This document shows positions 30,701 through 40,579 of a stretch of DNA of 64,000 nt, piece after piece; within the stretch, counting starts at the first letter, position 1; every line of letters begins with the position of its first letter. The notes below the pieces were generated by a model. That model ran no database searches. It saw only the letters and a list, made by a program, of their open reading frames with translations, and was not told where the DNA came from. The stretch comes from a virus (lineage: Duplodnaviria > Caudoviricetes). Both the position numbers and the translations under genes were made by a program. Location: the IMG/VR virus record IMGVR_UViG_3300031555_010877, positions 1 to 64,000 of that record. One strand, written 5' to 3'.

Positions 30701-32615
30701 TAGTTATATCAAGAATAAATTTAATAAATTCTGAGCTTAAAACAGTATCAGATAGTTCTTGAACTGAGGCGGTAATCTGATTAATTTTACCTGTAATGGA
30801 GTCGAGATATTTTTCGTTTTCAGCCATAGCTGAACCCGCAGCATCAGCAGCTGACGTCACAGTTTCTTCTGCTAAACTGAAATTATTTAAAAGAGCAGAC
30901 AATACGTTAACTTGTCTTGCTCCACCAAGAGTATATAAGAGCGATTGACGACCTTGGTCATCAATCTTATCCCAGACCTGAGATAATTCTTTTAAAATTT
31001 GATATGTAGACTTATAGCCACCTGTGGCTTCATCCATAATATCAATCTGTTTACCAAAAGCACCTGTGATAGCAAGCACTTCATTTCGGTATTCAGCAGT
31101 TGTCTCAAAAGCATATGATGCGTCTTCACCTAATGCTTCGAGTTCTGTAGCGGTTTTCGTAATCCTAAGAGATAATGTTTTTAAGGCATTACCAACGACC
31201 TCTGGATTTTGAATTACACTGTTAGCTGCAACGATAAGCCCGATGGACTCATCAAGTGTATTATTTGTCTCTGCTAACCCAGCAGCAGAACGTGTTAATG
31301 CCTCACCAATTCCTTTAGAAGCGATAGGCATTTCATTACCAATTTTATTAAACTTATCAACAATAAGCATAGCATTTTCGGTTTCAATGCCAAAAGCTTT
31401 CATCGTTGATATAATACTTTGTGATGCTACTGAAATATCTTCAATACCATCACCAACATTTTTATAAACCAAAGCTGCAGTCGCCAAATCTTCAGCTTCA
31501 GACATATCGTAGCCTAAACGGGCAAAATCTGCTGTTGCGGTAACTGTATCAGCAATTGTGGTACCCAACTTTTGAGCTTTATCTGCCGCACGGTCAAGAA
31601 ATTTTTCATATGTCTGAGCTGTTTCATCAGTTACTTTCTTGAGTTCAGTCATCGCACCATCAATTGCAATGATATCTTGCACAGCTTGAATCGATAATTG
31701 TCTAAACGCATTGATGAGTGCCATTACAGCTGCGGTTTTAAAATGCTCATTAAATAGCTTTTTAAATTTATCACCCAAAGATACAGTTTCAAGACCTAAC
31801 CTTTGTGTTTCTTTACGTAATTCTGAATATTCTCTTTTTAATTCTGCAGAAGTATATCCATCAAGTTCGGCTTTTGACGATAAAGCATTCCATCGAGCAT
31901 ATAGATTTTGGTTTGTTGCAATTTTAGCATTCTGCTGCAAATATACCGCAGACATGCGAGATAAATTACTCTTTTCAGAATTTTGTCTCTCTAGATTTGT
32001 GATTGCTCGTACATATGTTTGGCGTCTGGACAATTCAGTATTAATTCTCTGAATATGTTCAAGCATGAGTTGAATTTCTGCTTCTGTCTTTGGCACCAAA
32101 TCAAAGTGTCCATTTTTTAAATTATTTGCAGTTTCTTGTAAAAGATAATATACTTCTTTTTCTGCATTATCTAAAGGCTGAAATAACTTCTTTGTTTCAT
32201 CTGAATATGCTGCAAATCTAAACAGTTGCGAATTTAATTTATTTTGAAGCTCTATTAAAGTAGGCTGTCGCGAACTGCCCTGTTTATCTTCACCCTCTGT
32301 TGTTTTTAACTTAATAGGAGTTCCTTCAAGTTGTGCTTTAAGTTTGCTGGCTACTGCTTGAGCTAAATTTGTAGCAAATGTTTTAATTGTTTCACTATTT
32401 TCTTCAGCAATACTGATATTAAGTTTAATGCCTTGATATTTCTCATTAAGCTCTTTTTCTAAATCTTTAGGAGGCTTGGCTTCTTTGTCGATTTCAGGGG
32501 TCACTTTAACAGCCACTTTTGTTTCTTTATATTTGTTGGTGACCGCAGTTTGAAAAATATCCTCTTTAGTCCCAGGTACTATATCAACCGGGACGGTTAA
32601 TCTCTCATCAGCCAT
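27735..32615 (-). CDS. Tape measure protein (TP901-like core)
   Basis: 1,626 aa, helical. IDGAMTELKKVT...ADFARLGY...VGNALKT core and a C-terminal YHDGG..GEVPAILQ motif. Confidence 0.9.
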   Translation of the reverse strand: MADERLTVPVDIVPGTKEDIFQTAVTNKYKETKVAVKVTPEIDKEAKPPKDLEKELNEKYQGIKLNISIAEENSETIKTFATNLAQAVASKLKAQLEGTPIKLKTTEGEDKQGSSRQPTLIELQNKLNSQLFRFAAYSDETKKLFQPLDNAEKEVYYLLQETANNLKNGHFDLVPKTEAEIQLMLEHIQRINTELSRRQTYVRAITNLERQNSEKSNLSRMSAVYLQQNAKIATNQNLYARWNALSSKAELDGYTSAELKREYSELRKETQRLGLETVSLGDKFKKLFNEHFKTAAVMALINAFRQLSIQAVQDIIAIDGAMTELKKVTDETAQTYEKFLDRAADKAQKLGTTIADTVTATADFARLGYDMSEAEDLATAALVYKNVGDGIEDISVASQSIISTMKAFGIETENAMLIVDKFNKIGNEMPIASKGIGEALTRSAAGLAETNNTLDESIGLIVAANSVIQNPEVVGNALKTLSLRITKTATELEALGEDASYAFETTAEYRNEVLAITGAFGKQIDIMDEATGGYKSTYQILKELSQVWDKIDDQGRQSLLYTLGGARQVNVLSALLNNFSLAEETVTSAADAAGSAMAENEKYLDSITGKINQITASVQELSDTVLSSEFIKFILDITNGFIQATDAVAEFTGAIPLLTSVFMGFLAAHDKYLFNKNVDGKSYFSFFGLRDFIDPANKKAVTDELDAFLVHMQSIFNKNELENAKLPLAQQYVLSGNDFKDALEQYNGLSDANRKLVEAQLSTNASFKANQKAISVYNQSIKELTFAKKAAAVASGLLNSALQMGIGLLISVVINAGIRKFTDWMHTIDNIKTKIDELASELQDVNQELDELLDKQSKNGVTDAENARIAYLKDYIHLLETAEKIEKRRLVEADLYGSDGNPFKKNTYEELRNTYNYMPISDDNGTTQEVLGTKSLYLLYSNLRQAQNWQNEIKDGTNTEYTQSQFDKYSKYTRESYENAISELKTITDIKQQYEAALKLYDKEDDKTIYEFLEGEIATAAQVIEFAEQIYQEAFNSGIVPTDLQYNGDQSEIIYNQAQSWNLVKNYVSETKDGIKSTITEAKNLELILRDVSQIGFDKINEEIDNTRDSLSTIYKAAQEYSSKGVFTLETLQELTQLDQRYLDLLRDENGQIALNEEAIKQLTQARINELRIKAVQQGIDAIKSLTSEAAALEVVESAQADLNESTLALAKSQLKLYATTALNKAQEEGYLETMEQAIEIIWQRTDTLLQGVNALDMYGDAAEDAAKKQQDLLKAQGNAAIKALENRKKPLEDEIDLIDKKKEALQDELDALNEIYEAEDREFELQKLKDAYERAKANKTVRLYTHDKGWQWVADPSEVKEAEDAYHEYLREIEREDAKKAIEDQITALDDAKEAIQDQIEAIDDLKEKFQDTMDNIGKTLEEYQTEMALLAEFEGMTLEQMGAWHDDYAQRVIANFGAMEAAAKSYQVTANGLEADIPAADPSWAMPKPNVEEDDIGRTSRDNTLKIKLDFGGGSRQKPQIYHDGGLVKPQANVSNAFARYIDKLKLGEVPAILQQDEYVLTPNHQRAILDTHKGLINNLNHSKKNISLEIGDIIINNPVGNVSALSDAIIRQLPNQIMKDLYK

Positions 32616-32639
32616 AATTTCTCCTTTCTACTCCTATAT

Positions 32640-32668
32640 AAAAAGGTGAGAGGATAAAACCTCTCACC
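32640..32668 (-). terminator. Hairpin/terminator upstream of the TMP
   Basis: GGTGAGAGG-ataaaa-CCTCTCACC with a U tract on the minus strand. Confidence 0.6.
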
Positions 32669-32684
32669 ATATAAAAGTGTTATA

Positions 32685-33176
32685 TTAAAATAATTTTTGT
32701 AATTCACTCACAAGTTTACCTTTATTAGCTTGCAAATTTTTTCTTGCATCTCCAATAAATGGTTTAGCATCACGATAATAATTTTCTCTATCATCAGGCC
32801 GTCCAGCCTTTATCCATACAAACACATCAAACCACGAGCCATTATTAATCCATTCCGAAAAAAGAGTATCACTATTGTTGTGTAATTGCTGACCAAAAAT
32901 TGAAGGTCTTGGTTTAGCTTTTGAATAAGCTCTAACACCATATGTTTTACCATTGATAAAAGTCTCAAAAGCAATCTGTTCATAAGATGTGATACTCTCT
33001 GATTTATCCCAACGGGTCGTATTACCACGTACATTTTTATGAATGGCATTAATCAATGCATCCTGAATTACTTTAGAAGATGCCGAATTTTTATTGGCCA
33101 TATCTGCCTGACAAATTTGTTGAACAGCCCTCATAAGCTCATCAAAATTCGCATACTGCTCGGCCATACAACTCAC
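32685..33176 (-). CDS. Tail completion/neck-like hypothetical protein
   Basis: C-terminal 'AKPF' motif and position. True start may be ATG 33167. Confidence 0.5.
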   Translation of the reverse strand: MSCMAEQYANFDELMRAVQQICQADMANKNSASSKVIQDALINAIHKNVRGNTTRWDKSESITSYEQIAFETFINGKTYGVRAYSKAKPRPSIFGQQLHNNSDTLFSEWINNGSWFDVFVWIKAGRPDDRENYYRDAKPFIGDARKNLQANKGKLVSELQKLF

Positions 33177-33730
33177 TACTCCTGTCTATACATACCTTTC
33201 AGAATATTGACCATCTCTTTTTTATCATTCATCTGATTTACTACCTGCAACAGTTTGAACAGCTCGCTGATATCTACTGCAGCAAATTCTTTGTCATATT
33301 TAGACAAAATACTTTCGAGATAATCAATAATACCTTCGAGTGGGTTTTTCTTGGTTTTAATTTCAATTTCCTCTTTTGTTGCCTGGAGCAAAGACTGGTA
33401 ATCCGCATAGTTAATGTTCTGCATCAAAAATTCATACAGTCCACTGCCACAAGCCAGATTAGCAGCTTCACGCTGACCTGTTGGCACAGTAACATTGGTG
33501 TAAGCTTTCAATGTTTCACAACGAACACCAAAGTCGTACATCAACGGCAAATATTCATCATTTTCATTTACGCACCAAGACATTACTTTGCCGATAAAGG
33601 AAATTTTTTCATTCATTGTCAAAAAAGGTTTATACTTAATCGTATAGCCCATATATTCCATATCACACTGAGGCGCATCTTTATAAAGTTCTTTAAGTTC
33701 ACCAACCAGTAATTTATTTTTCTTACTCAT
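33176..33730 (-). CDS. Hypothetical protein, possible tail assembly chaperone
   Basis: Lies between the tail tube and the TMP. Confidence 0.5.
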   Translation of the reverse strand: MSKKNKLLVGELKELYKDAPQCDMEYMGYTIKYKPFLTMNEKISFIGKVMSWCVNENDEYLPLMYDFGVRCETLKAYTNVTVPTGQREAANLACGSGLYEFLMQNINYADYQSLLQATKEEIEIKTKKNPLEGIIDYLESILSKYDKEFAAVDISELFKLLQVVNQMNDKKEMVNILKGMYRQE

Positions 33731-34307
33731 TTGTTTTTCTCCTTTTATTCACTTTTCTCTCTGCGTACTTTGAACAAACAAAGTCTTTAATTTCTTCCTG
33801 AATACGGCCTTCTTCTGCTTTATGTAAAATGGAACAGCTTCCACTTCTAAAGCGAGAACAAGATATGCATTTGTCTACAAATTTGTCATATATAAAAACA
33901 TCGTCAAAAATGCCAATATAGTCCACACAGCTGATTTCAATTTCGATTCGCGGATTTACAGTGTCATAATATATTCGGTTAACGCGGCTACACACCACAT
34001 TATCATCCTTCCAAATCAACTGACTGTCCGTAATAGCATCCAAAAGACATTTATCATAGTTTGGGGCATCCATATCAATACGAGGGAAATAAAATACCAT
34101 ATCAACATAATAGTGCGTATCATCAACAATATTTACAGACCAATTTTGTTTCTTAATTTCTTCTGCCACATATTTGGCAAACATAGCTTTATACAGTTTA
34201 GCTTCCGCTTTTGTATAAACACAAACTTTACCACCAAAACTTCGATAACCTAAATAATGGTTAACGCTTGGAGGAATAGGGGATATTAATTTTAATTTCA
34301 TAGTCAT
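33723..34307 (-). CDS. rusA: RusA-family Holliday junction resolvase with a C-terminal Cys cluster
   Basis: PPSVNHY and D..NY.K.LLDA......WKDD motifs. Confidence 0.8.
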   Translation of the reverse strand: MTMKLKLISPIPPSVNHYLGYRSFGGKVCVYTKAEAKLYKAMFAKYVAEEIKKQNWSVNIVDDTHYYVDMVFYFPRIDMDAPNYDKCLLDAITDSQLIWKDDNVVCSRVNRIYYDTVNPRIEIEISCVDYIGIFDDVFIYDKFVDKCISCSRFRSGSCSILHKAEEGRIQEEIKDFVCSKYAERKVNKRRKTNE

Positions 34308-34338
34308 AAAATAAGAGGCGGGGTAACCCCCGCCTGTA

Positions 34339-34545
34339 TTATTCTTCAGTTTTTACAACAGGTTCAACCTGTTTAACAACTTTTTTCACTTTTCTTGCAG
34401 CAATCTGTTTCTGCCATTTGTCATAACATTCAGGACTGCATACAATCTGTTTGTATGGATATTTTTCAACACCCACAGCACAACAGTAGTAGTCTTTCCC
34501 ACATACTTTGCACTTAAAATTTGGCTTTTTCATAAAAACCTCCAA
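34339..34545 (-). CDS. Small zinc-finger protein
   Basis: CKVCGKDYYCC...CSPEC. Likely start is ATG 34533. Confidence 0.6.
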   Translation of the reverse strand: MEVFMKKPNFKCKVCGKDYYCCAVGVEKYPYKQIVCSPECYDKWQKQIAARKVKKVVKQVEPVVKTEE

Positions 34546-35346
34546 TTATTCTACAATGTACCATTCCCAGAGACGTTTGCTGGAAGAGCATACGCTGGAG
34601 AGAGCTTCAGCAGAAAGTGCATGTACAGCTGGTTCATTACCGAATGTGATTGTAAAGTTACCATCAATTTTTGCATTAGGGAATACAAATTTTGTATGAT
34701 AAATAACATCAGGGTCACATACATCACGGCATGTTACGTCAAGCACAAGACGGCCAGATTTTGAGAATTCGTCCTGAGAGTTTTCATATTTAACACCGGT
34801 TACTGCATAACGGTCATAGAAAATAATGATTTCTGTGTCAGCAGTAAATTCATCAGCACCGAATGTAAGTTTTTTGTTTTCAGCATCTACTGTAAATACG
34901 CCAGTACCTGTAGCTGTACCAACAGTAAGTTTTCTGTCCTGTGCACCGTTTCTGAGTGTCCATACTTCTTTTACTTCTGCACCTTCTACACCTACTGGAA
35001 CATAAGAAAGTGTTGCAGATGTAGCTTTTGCAGCCATATTGATAATTTCGTAGTCTGGAACAAGCAGTGGAGCTTCTTCTGTAGCTTTAACTGCAGAACC
35101 ACCAATCTGTGCCAAGAGAGCACCACCTACGATATAACCGTTGTTGCAGCTAAATCTAGATGTTTTATTTCTGTCCAAAGCAGCAAGACGAACACCGTTT
35201 TTACCTGTGCCGTATACAACTTCAGAACCATTTTCAATGCTACCATCTTTAATCTGGTCAAGCATAAAGAGAAGCTCGCCTGTTGAAATGCCGAACAGAG
35301 TAGCCATATCAATGCTATCAACAACGAGTTTTTCAGCATTAATCAT
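34546..35346 (-). CDS. Major tail tube protein
   Basis: Highly-expressed codon bias, strong RBS, beta-rich 266 aa, position upstream of the TMP. Confidence 0.7.
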   Translation of the reverse strand: MINAEKLVVDSIDMATLFGISTGELLFMLDQIKDGSIENGSEVVYGTGKNGVRLAALDRNKTSRFSCNNGYIVGGALLAQIGGSAVKATEEAPLLVPDYEIINMAAKATSATLSYVPVGVEGAEVKEVWTLRNGAQDRKLTVGTATGTGVFTVDAENKKLTFGADEFTADTEIIIFYDRYAVTGVKYENSQDEFSKSGRLVLDVTCRDVCDPDVIYHTKFVFPNAKIDGNFTITFGNEPAVHALSAEALSSVCSSSKRLWEWYIVE

Positions 35347-35376
35347 AGATTTTTCCTCCTATAAAATAATAAAAGG

Positions 35377-36108
35377 CTAAACGCTTCCGTTCAGCCAATG
35401 AATTTTGTCCATATTTATTTTTTTGCTATCCACAGTACCACCATAGATACCCTGCATAACATAATTAAAGTCTTTATTTTTTTGTATCTGTTTTACGCTC
35501 TGATAAAACTGATATATATTTAAAGACCACACCGAAGTGTAGTCATATTTAAATTCTGCCGTATTTACTAAGGCAACAATAAGAGGGAAGAAGCGGTCTT
35601 CCTTCTTTTCTTTTCGTTGATATTTTAGGCGACGCCGTTCTTTTTCAATAGTATATTTATATGTGTGTTCATTGCCCGGCTTATCGGCGCGACGAGCAAA
35701 GTTGTGAGTTTGACGCAATATGTCAACAACTCGCAGGTAAACGGCCTTGTCAAAAATTTTATCGTCGAGGGCCAAATAATATTCTCCTGTAACAGGATTG
35801 GGTTCTTCAGATAGTTCGAATTTTGTAATATCAAAGTCACCAAAGACCAAGCGTAACCCTTGCTTATCTCGTTCACTAAACTGCCTATATATCATTAAAA
35901 AGAATTCATAATCATCAATTTCACCATAGTTCATTCCTGCATCATGAAGTACTAACTTAAAATCAGATGGAGTACTACAGAATTGATAAACTGCATTGAG
36001 ATATTCTTCATCACCAAATGCCTTGATTTCCTGTAAAAGAGGTATCCTCAAGCTGATGAAATCATTGATACAATAACTCTCACCACATAAAAATTTCATC
36101 TTATACAT
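35377..36108 (-). CDS. Hypothetical head-tail/tail assembly protein
   Basis: Co-oriented ORF with LNIYQF...GIYGG motif. Confidence 0.55.
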   Translation of the reverse strand: MYKMKFLCGESYCINDFISLRIPLLQEIKAFGDEEYLNAVYQFCSTPSDFKLVLHDAGMNYGEIDDYEFFLMIYRQFSERDKQGLRLVFGDFDITKFELSEEPNPVTGEYYLALDDKIFDKAVYLRVVDILRQTHNFARRADKPGNEHTYKYTIEKERRRLKYQRKEKKEDRFFPLIVALVNTAEFKYDYTSVWSLNIYQFYQSVKQIQKNKDFNYVMQGIYGGTVDSKKINMDKIHWLNGSV

Positions 36109-36123
36109 TAAGCTACCTCGACA

Positions 36124-36633
36124 CTATCTGCGCTTTTGGTAACGATGGTTGCCATCTTCAATGCTATTACTTTTTAAAGCGTAAAATTTCAGATTACGAT
36201 AATAAAAATTGTAGTTTTCAAAAACACCTTCTTGCTCACCAGCAAGTTTCAAAGTCAAACCCATAGTATTATTCCAGTTGAAAACTTCGATAATGTCACC
36301 GCCCAAAATATCTGTACGCGTGCCTTTTTGTCCGGGCACACGTAAAGTTGGGAGTGCACATATAATTGAAAATATTACTTCAACACGTTTATACAAAGGG
36401 TTATCTGCAATATCAACAGTATCAACTTTTACACCTATAAAATTGCCAACCTTTTCTTGTATACCTGGCAATTTAATATATGGAAATATACATGTCCACT
36501 CAGCAGTATCTGGTTCTTCTGGATTCATATCAGGACAATCCAAAACCTCAATAATGTCTGTATTGGTGTATAACTTTTTAATGATTTCATCTTTAAACTT
36601 TGTGATTTCAGCCAGTTTATTTGCATCTCTCAT
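36124..36633 (-). CDS. Putative tail terminator protein
   Basis: IFPYI..P motif and position. Confidence 0.45.
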   Translation of the reverse strand: MRDANKLAEITKFKDEIIKKLYTNTDIIEVLDCPDMNPEEPDTAEWTCIFPYIKLPGIQEKVGNFIGVKVDTVDIADNPLYKRVEVIFSIICALPTLRVPGQKGTRTDILGGDIIEVFNWNNTMGLTLKLAGEQEGVFENYNFYYRNLKFYALKSNSIEDGNHRYQKRR

Positions 36634-37610
36634 TAATTAGTCACCTCTACTTCCACTTCAGCTTTAGATTTGCCGGACTCATCGGAAAATTCCAGAATGA
36701 TAGTTTTACCCGCAAGACGCATATCATTTTCAGCAGTTAATAATAATTTATTACCTTCAACAGAATATGTAATGCCTGTTAGTTCTCCGATATCATAAGA
36801 AACTTTCCAAATGCCAATAACATCTGAATTAACAAATTTGCCAACAAATGCTTTTGTAGAGCCACCAACTCTTATGACAGGAGAACCATAGTAACTGATT
36901 TCAGCAACACTAAACACATCAGTGGTTTCTGCACCAGGTTCAACATAGTCACATATTTCTAATTCTTTATTGTCTGTTTCTGGATTATATAAGTCCTGTT
37001 CTAGGTTTAAAATAATAAATCCTGCAATTTCACCGTCACGGTCATAACGCTGTGTCATACTATCAACAGAAACAACACGGTAGGTTTTTGGTTCGTCGCC
37101 AATAATTTCCATCATAAAGCGTTTGCCGATATCAATCAGTTCACTTTCTTTTGTAAATGGTATCTGCACGCGGAATTCACGTGTAGACATTTCCATCTTC
37201 TGTGTTGTTGATAAGTTGGAATAATATGGTTTTTCAACAGTTGCCCACAATGAAAATACTTTTTTTGAAACAGGGTTTTGCCAAGTAATCTGACGGTTAC
37301 ACTGCTGCATATAGCCACGGGTGATAATATCATTATCCAAGTCACGCTGTGTTATCAGCCAGTGTGACCCATTCCAAAATACAATTTGTCCAACATCAAA
37401 ATCTTCGTCAGGCATTGCATAAATAGTTTTTGCAGTAATCTGCTGTGTATTTACAATCAGCAGATTGCGTGGAACATCATCAATCTCTACCTTTTTAAAA
37501 TTAGGGGAATGTTCTGCAAATTGATGTATCTGATATTTTTCCATATTGATATATTGCTCATGTGGATTCGCACCAAAAGCAGAAATACGTTTACGATATC
37601 GTGAAAGCAT
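36633..37610 (-). CDS. Putative head-closure protein with a C-terminal Ig-like domain
   Basis: GQIVFW..SHWLI...GYMQQCN pattern; position after the adaptor gene. Confidence 0.5.
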   Translation of the reverse strand: MLSRYRKRISAFGANPHEQYINMEKYQIHQFAEHSPNFKKVEIDDVPRNLLIVNTQQITAKTIYAMPDEDFDVGQIVFWNGSHWLITQRDLDNDIITRGYMQQCNRQITWQNPVSKKVFSLWATVEKPYYSNLSTTQKMEMSTREFRVQIPFTKESELIDIGKRFMMEIIGDEPKTYRVVSVDSMTQRYDRDGEIAGFIILNLEQDLYNPETDNKELEICDYVEPGAETTDVFSVAEISYYGSPVIRVGGSTKAFVGKFVNSDVIGIWKVSYDIGELTGITYSVEGNKLLLTAENDMRLAGKTIILEFSDESGKSKAEVEVEVTN

Positions 37611-37612
37611 AC

Positions 37613-37915
37613 TTATACCTCCTCAATATCTTCTTTAATATCTTCAATCCAAATTCTATCAAGGAGGTCATGACATCTTAATATCTGTTTCCATAAAACG
37701 TCATGATTACATTCATTTTCTACAAAGAAATTTACAATATTTAAAATATCAATATAACTTCGTTCCGTTTTTAATTTTGGGAAAGTTACAATTGCTCCTT
37801 TGATTTCTATTGCAAGATTTTTTGCATAAATAGGGAAACTTGCGGGAGTTTCTTCATATATATATAGCATTTTATGAATTTTACCATGAAGGATTTCAAT
37901 ATATTTTTCTATCAT
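37613..37915 (-). CDS. Hypothetical protein
   Basis: ATGA overlap with the upstream gene. Confidence 0.55.
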   Translation of the reverse strand: MIEKYIEILHGKIHKMLYIYEETPASFPIYAKNLAIEIKGAIVTFPKLKTERSYIDILNIVNFFVENECNHDVLWKQILRCHDLLDRIWIEDIKEDIEEV

Positions 37916-38346
37916 AAACTCAAATCCCCCAAGTCTGCATGATTATATGAATAATCATTTATTGCATTTTTAAAAGCATCAACAGCATCATTATAAAGTC
38001 CACGTTTTTGTGACATAATTTGCTGTGGTGCAAAAAATGTCGCATCTTTAAGATTCATAAGATTATGCATTGCGTCTGCTTTATAAAGTTGTGGCTTCAG
38101 CCACTCTACGACCATGCCTTTAACAATAATCTTGATAACTTCATCATCCAAGTCATTGTTAAAATGAAACAGAATATCATCACGGTCTGAAAGGTCGATG
38201 AGACAAACCCTGTCAAATTCTGCACAAGCAGCCCTCATATAGCCATAAGCGTTGTTGACAATTTCTTGGTCAGAATAATTCAGCATTTTGTAGTCATCGA
38301 TTTCGTCAAGAAAAGACTCAACTACGGTCAGGTAAGAGGTTGCCAT
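37912..38346 (-). CDS. Putative head-tail adaptor
   Basis: MATSY..V..SFL..I.DY...EWL.P pattern; position after the capsid genes. Confidence 0.55.
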   Translation of the reverse strand: MATSYLTVVESFLDEIDDYKMLNYSDQEIVNNAYGYMRAACAEFDRVCLIDLSDRDDILFHFNNDLDDEVIKIIVKGMVVEWLKPQLYKADAMHNLMNLKDATFFAPQQIMSQKRGLYNDAVDAFKNAINDYSYNHADLGDLSL

Positions 38347-38360
38347 TATTGCCTCCTTAA

Positions 38361-39005
38361 TTAAGCCTGAAACAAGTCATAGCCAATAGCTTTACCAAGT
38401 TCACGAACCACAATGATGTCTCTAAGGTCTCCGTCTTCAATCATACGTTTTGCTGCAATTGCAAGTGCTGTTTTTGCTTCTTCTGGCATAGCTTCAACCT
38501 GTGCGACAATATCTTCAAGTTTCTGTTTAAACAGTTCATCAAGATTTGTCAGGTCAACAAAGTTTTCAAAATATTCTTCGACGCGCAAATATTTAATAAC
38601 ATCTGCAGCATTGTCACTTACAAATTTAATCCATTTATTTTTGAAGAATCCACGCTGAGTATTTCTCATTGTAGTCAGTTCTTCAACAGTCATAGGATTT
38701 GTCATACCCAAAGAAGGCCAATCAATTGTCTCATTTGTTTTCTTTGATGTATAAGTCAGCAAACCGGCAAAGTTACTCTGAACAGTCACAATTGTGTCAG
38801 GAGTGATTTTTTCAGCAGCTTTCATATCAGCAAACTGTTTAAGAATTGCAGCAATTTCTGCTTCAGAAAAACCAAAAGTGTTTACAGGTGCCGCAGGAGT
38901 TTCCATAACTTCCTGTACAATTTCTTCTACAGTTTCTTTTGGAGCTGTTTTCTTTGTGGTTGTTTTAGTTTTTTTTGTTTCAGATTTTGGGTTTGTATTA
39001 CTCAT
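38361..39005 (-). CDS. Hypothetical protein downstream of the major capsid gene
   Basis: Long ORF with RBS and a Lys/Thr-rich N-terminus. Confidence 0.6.
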   Translation of the reverse strand: MSNTNPKSETKKTKTTTKKTAPKETVEEIVQEVMETPAAPVNTFGFSEAEIAAILKQFADMKAAEKITPDTIVTVQSNFAGLLTYTSKKTNETIDWPSLGMTNPMTVEELTTMRNTQRGFFKNKWIKFVSDNAADVIKYLRVEEYFENFVDLTNLDELFKQKLEDIVAQVEAMPEEAKTALAIAAKRMIEDGDLRDIIVVRELGKAIGYDLFQA

Positions 39006-39030
39006 TTTATCTCCTTTTATTTCCTACAAG

Positions 39031-39054
39031 AAAAGAGGGGATATACCCCTCTTT
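39031..39054 (-). terminator. Terminator after the major capsid gene
   Basis: AAAAGAGGGG-atata-CCCCTCTTT. Confidence 0.7.
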
Positions 39055-39070
39055 GTCTTAATTATCTTTA

Positions 39071-40057
39071 TTATTCAAATGTGTACATACCAAGCACAGA
39101 AGAAAGAACTACCATACAGCCGTATCTTTCAATGTATGTATATTCCTGAGAAAGGTCAGAATTTTCCATAGAACTCTTTTCGATGATGATTGGGTCACCT
39201 TCGTTAACGAATTTAATGAACTGGTCATCAGCTGCTACAACCCAAACTTTGTTGTCAGGGAGCATAAATTCTGTTGTACCTGCACGGTGAAGGTTTCTTA
39301 CAGATGTCATTTCGATGCCTTTAAGTCTGCCGTAGTGGCCGATGTTGTAAAGGTCAGATTTAGCTTCGTCAGAAACATCAGCTGTAGAAATTTTTCTAAG
39401 AGCAGATTTAGTACCGATAATTCTTGCTGGTTTGCCTGTTGCAGCTTCAACATGTTCAGCAAGTGTGATGAGTTTTTCTTCATCATAAGAACCAGCAATT
39501 ACATATGTGTCACTGAGAAGATTTGTTGCTTTGTTAATGCCAGAGAAAGCTGTGTAGATTTTTTCATATCTTGCTTTCATAACAGCCTGAGCAACTTTAT
39601 CCACAAATGTGTTCCAAGAAACACGACCAGCAAGGAGACGGTCAAGTTCTTCATAGATTCTGATGCCGAATGTTTTTACTGGTACAGCAACTGTGGATTT
39701 TTCACCAATTCTCTGTCTACGAGGTGTGCCGATACCACGTGCCATTTCAGCAACGAAGAGTTCAGAACCACCTTCAACTTCAAATTCGTTGAGGTCGCCA
39801 TCTTTCATATTGATATATTCAACACGGTCGTTCCAGAATTCATTACCGGAAAGGCCTTCTTCAACAACCTGGTTGATAGCTCTTGTAACAACTCTGAACA
39901 AGAGTTTGTTATCATATCTTGGGTCAATTTTGTCAGAACCGCCGTTGAGTTCGATAAGTTTATTGCGGAGTTCTGTTTCAGCATCTTTGCCGTTTGTAAA
40001 TTCTGTCTGTACTCTGTTGTAGTAAACATCAAGACCAAGTCTTACAATATTTTCCAT
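39071..40057 (-). CDS. Major capsid protein
   Basis: 328 aa with strong codon bias, after the protease and decoration genes, followed by a terminator. Confidence 0.8.
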   Translation of the reverse strand: MENIVRLGLDVYYNRVQTEFTNGKDAETELRNKLIELNGGSDKIDPRYDNKLLFRVVTRAINQVVEEGLSGNEFWNDRVEYINMKDGDLNEFEVEGGSELFVAEMARGIGTPRRQRIGEKSTVAVPVKTFGIRIYEELDRLLAGRVSWNTFVDKVAQAVMKARYEKIYTAFSGINKATNLLSDTYVIAGSYDEEKLITLAEHVEAATGKPARIIGTKSALRKISTADVSDEAKSDLYNIGHYGRLKGIEMTSVRNLHRAGTTEFMLPDNKVWVVAADDQFIKFVNEGDPIIIEKSSMENSDLSQEYTYIERYGCMVVLSSVLGMYTFE

Positions 40058-40082
40058 ATTTTAATCCTCCTGTATTTTGTAA

Positions 40083-40568
40083 TTAAGCAACTTTGATTAC
40101 GTAGTATGTAAGAGAACCTACAACTTCTACGTCAATGCAAGTGCCAAGTGCGAGTGTGCCGTCTGCAACGATTTTGCCGTCTGTTACGCCCATTGCAGCA
40201 CCTTTTGTTGGGAGAGATTCACCAAAGTATTCTGCAGTAAGAGAGAATACGTCATTTTCACAGAAACGATAAACACGAAGTGTTGCTTCTGCGTCATTTA
40301 CAAAGTCTGTAAGCTGAGATTTGCTTTCTTCATACATAACTTCTGGGCAAGCAACGAGATACATTGGTTTACCTTCTTCGGAAGCAAGTGTTGCTTCAAA
40401 AATTTCTCTTTCGCCAGCTTTAAGGCCGCCGAGCTGTACAACAGTACCATTAACAATTGGTTCTTTAGCGCCTACAAGCACAGCGCTATTAAGTTTTGTG
40501 CCGTCGTGTGTGCCCTGCATATTGTCAAGGCGAACAACTGGATATTTAGCCATATTAGTTTCCTCCAA
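40083..40568 (-). CDS. Capsid decoration/stabilising protein
   Basis: IVNGTVV.LG...PEVMYE...F.N motif; lies between scaffold and MCP. Start may be ATG 40553. Confidence 0.6.
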   Translation of the reverse strand: MEETNMAKYPVVRLDNMQGTHDGTKLNSAVLVGAKEPIVNGTVVQLGGLKAGEREIFEATLASEEGKPMYLVACPEVMYEESKSQLTDFVNDAEATLRVYRFCENDVFSLTAEYFGESLPTKGAAMGVTDGKIVADGTLALGTCIDVEVVGSLTYYVIKVA

Positions 40569-40579
40569 TAATTTTTAAA

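Noticed and set aside
32685-33730. Programmed -1 frameshift tail-chaperone pair before the TMP
   Set aside because: No convincing X XXY YYZ slippery site at the gene end, and the downstream ORF has its own start.
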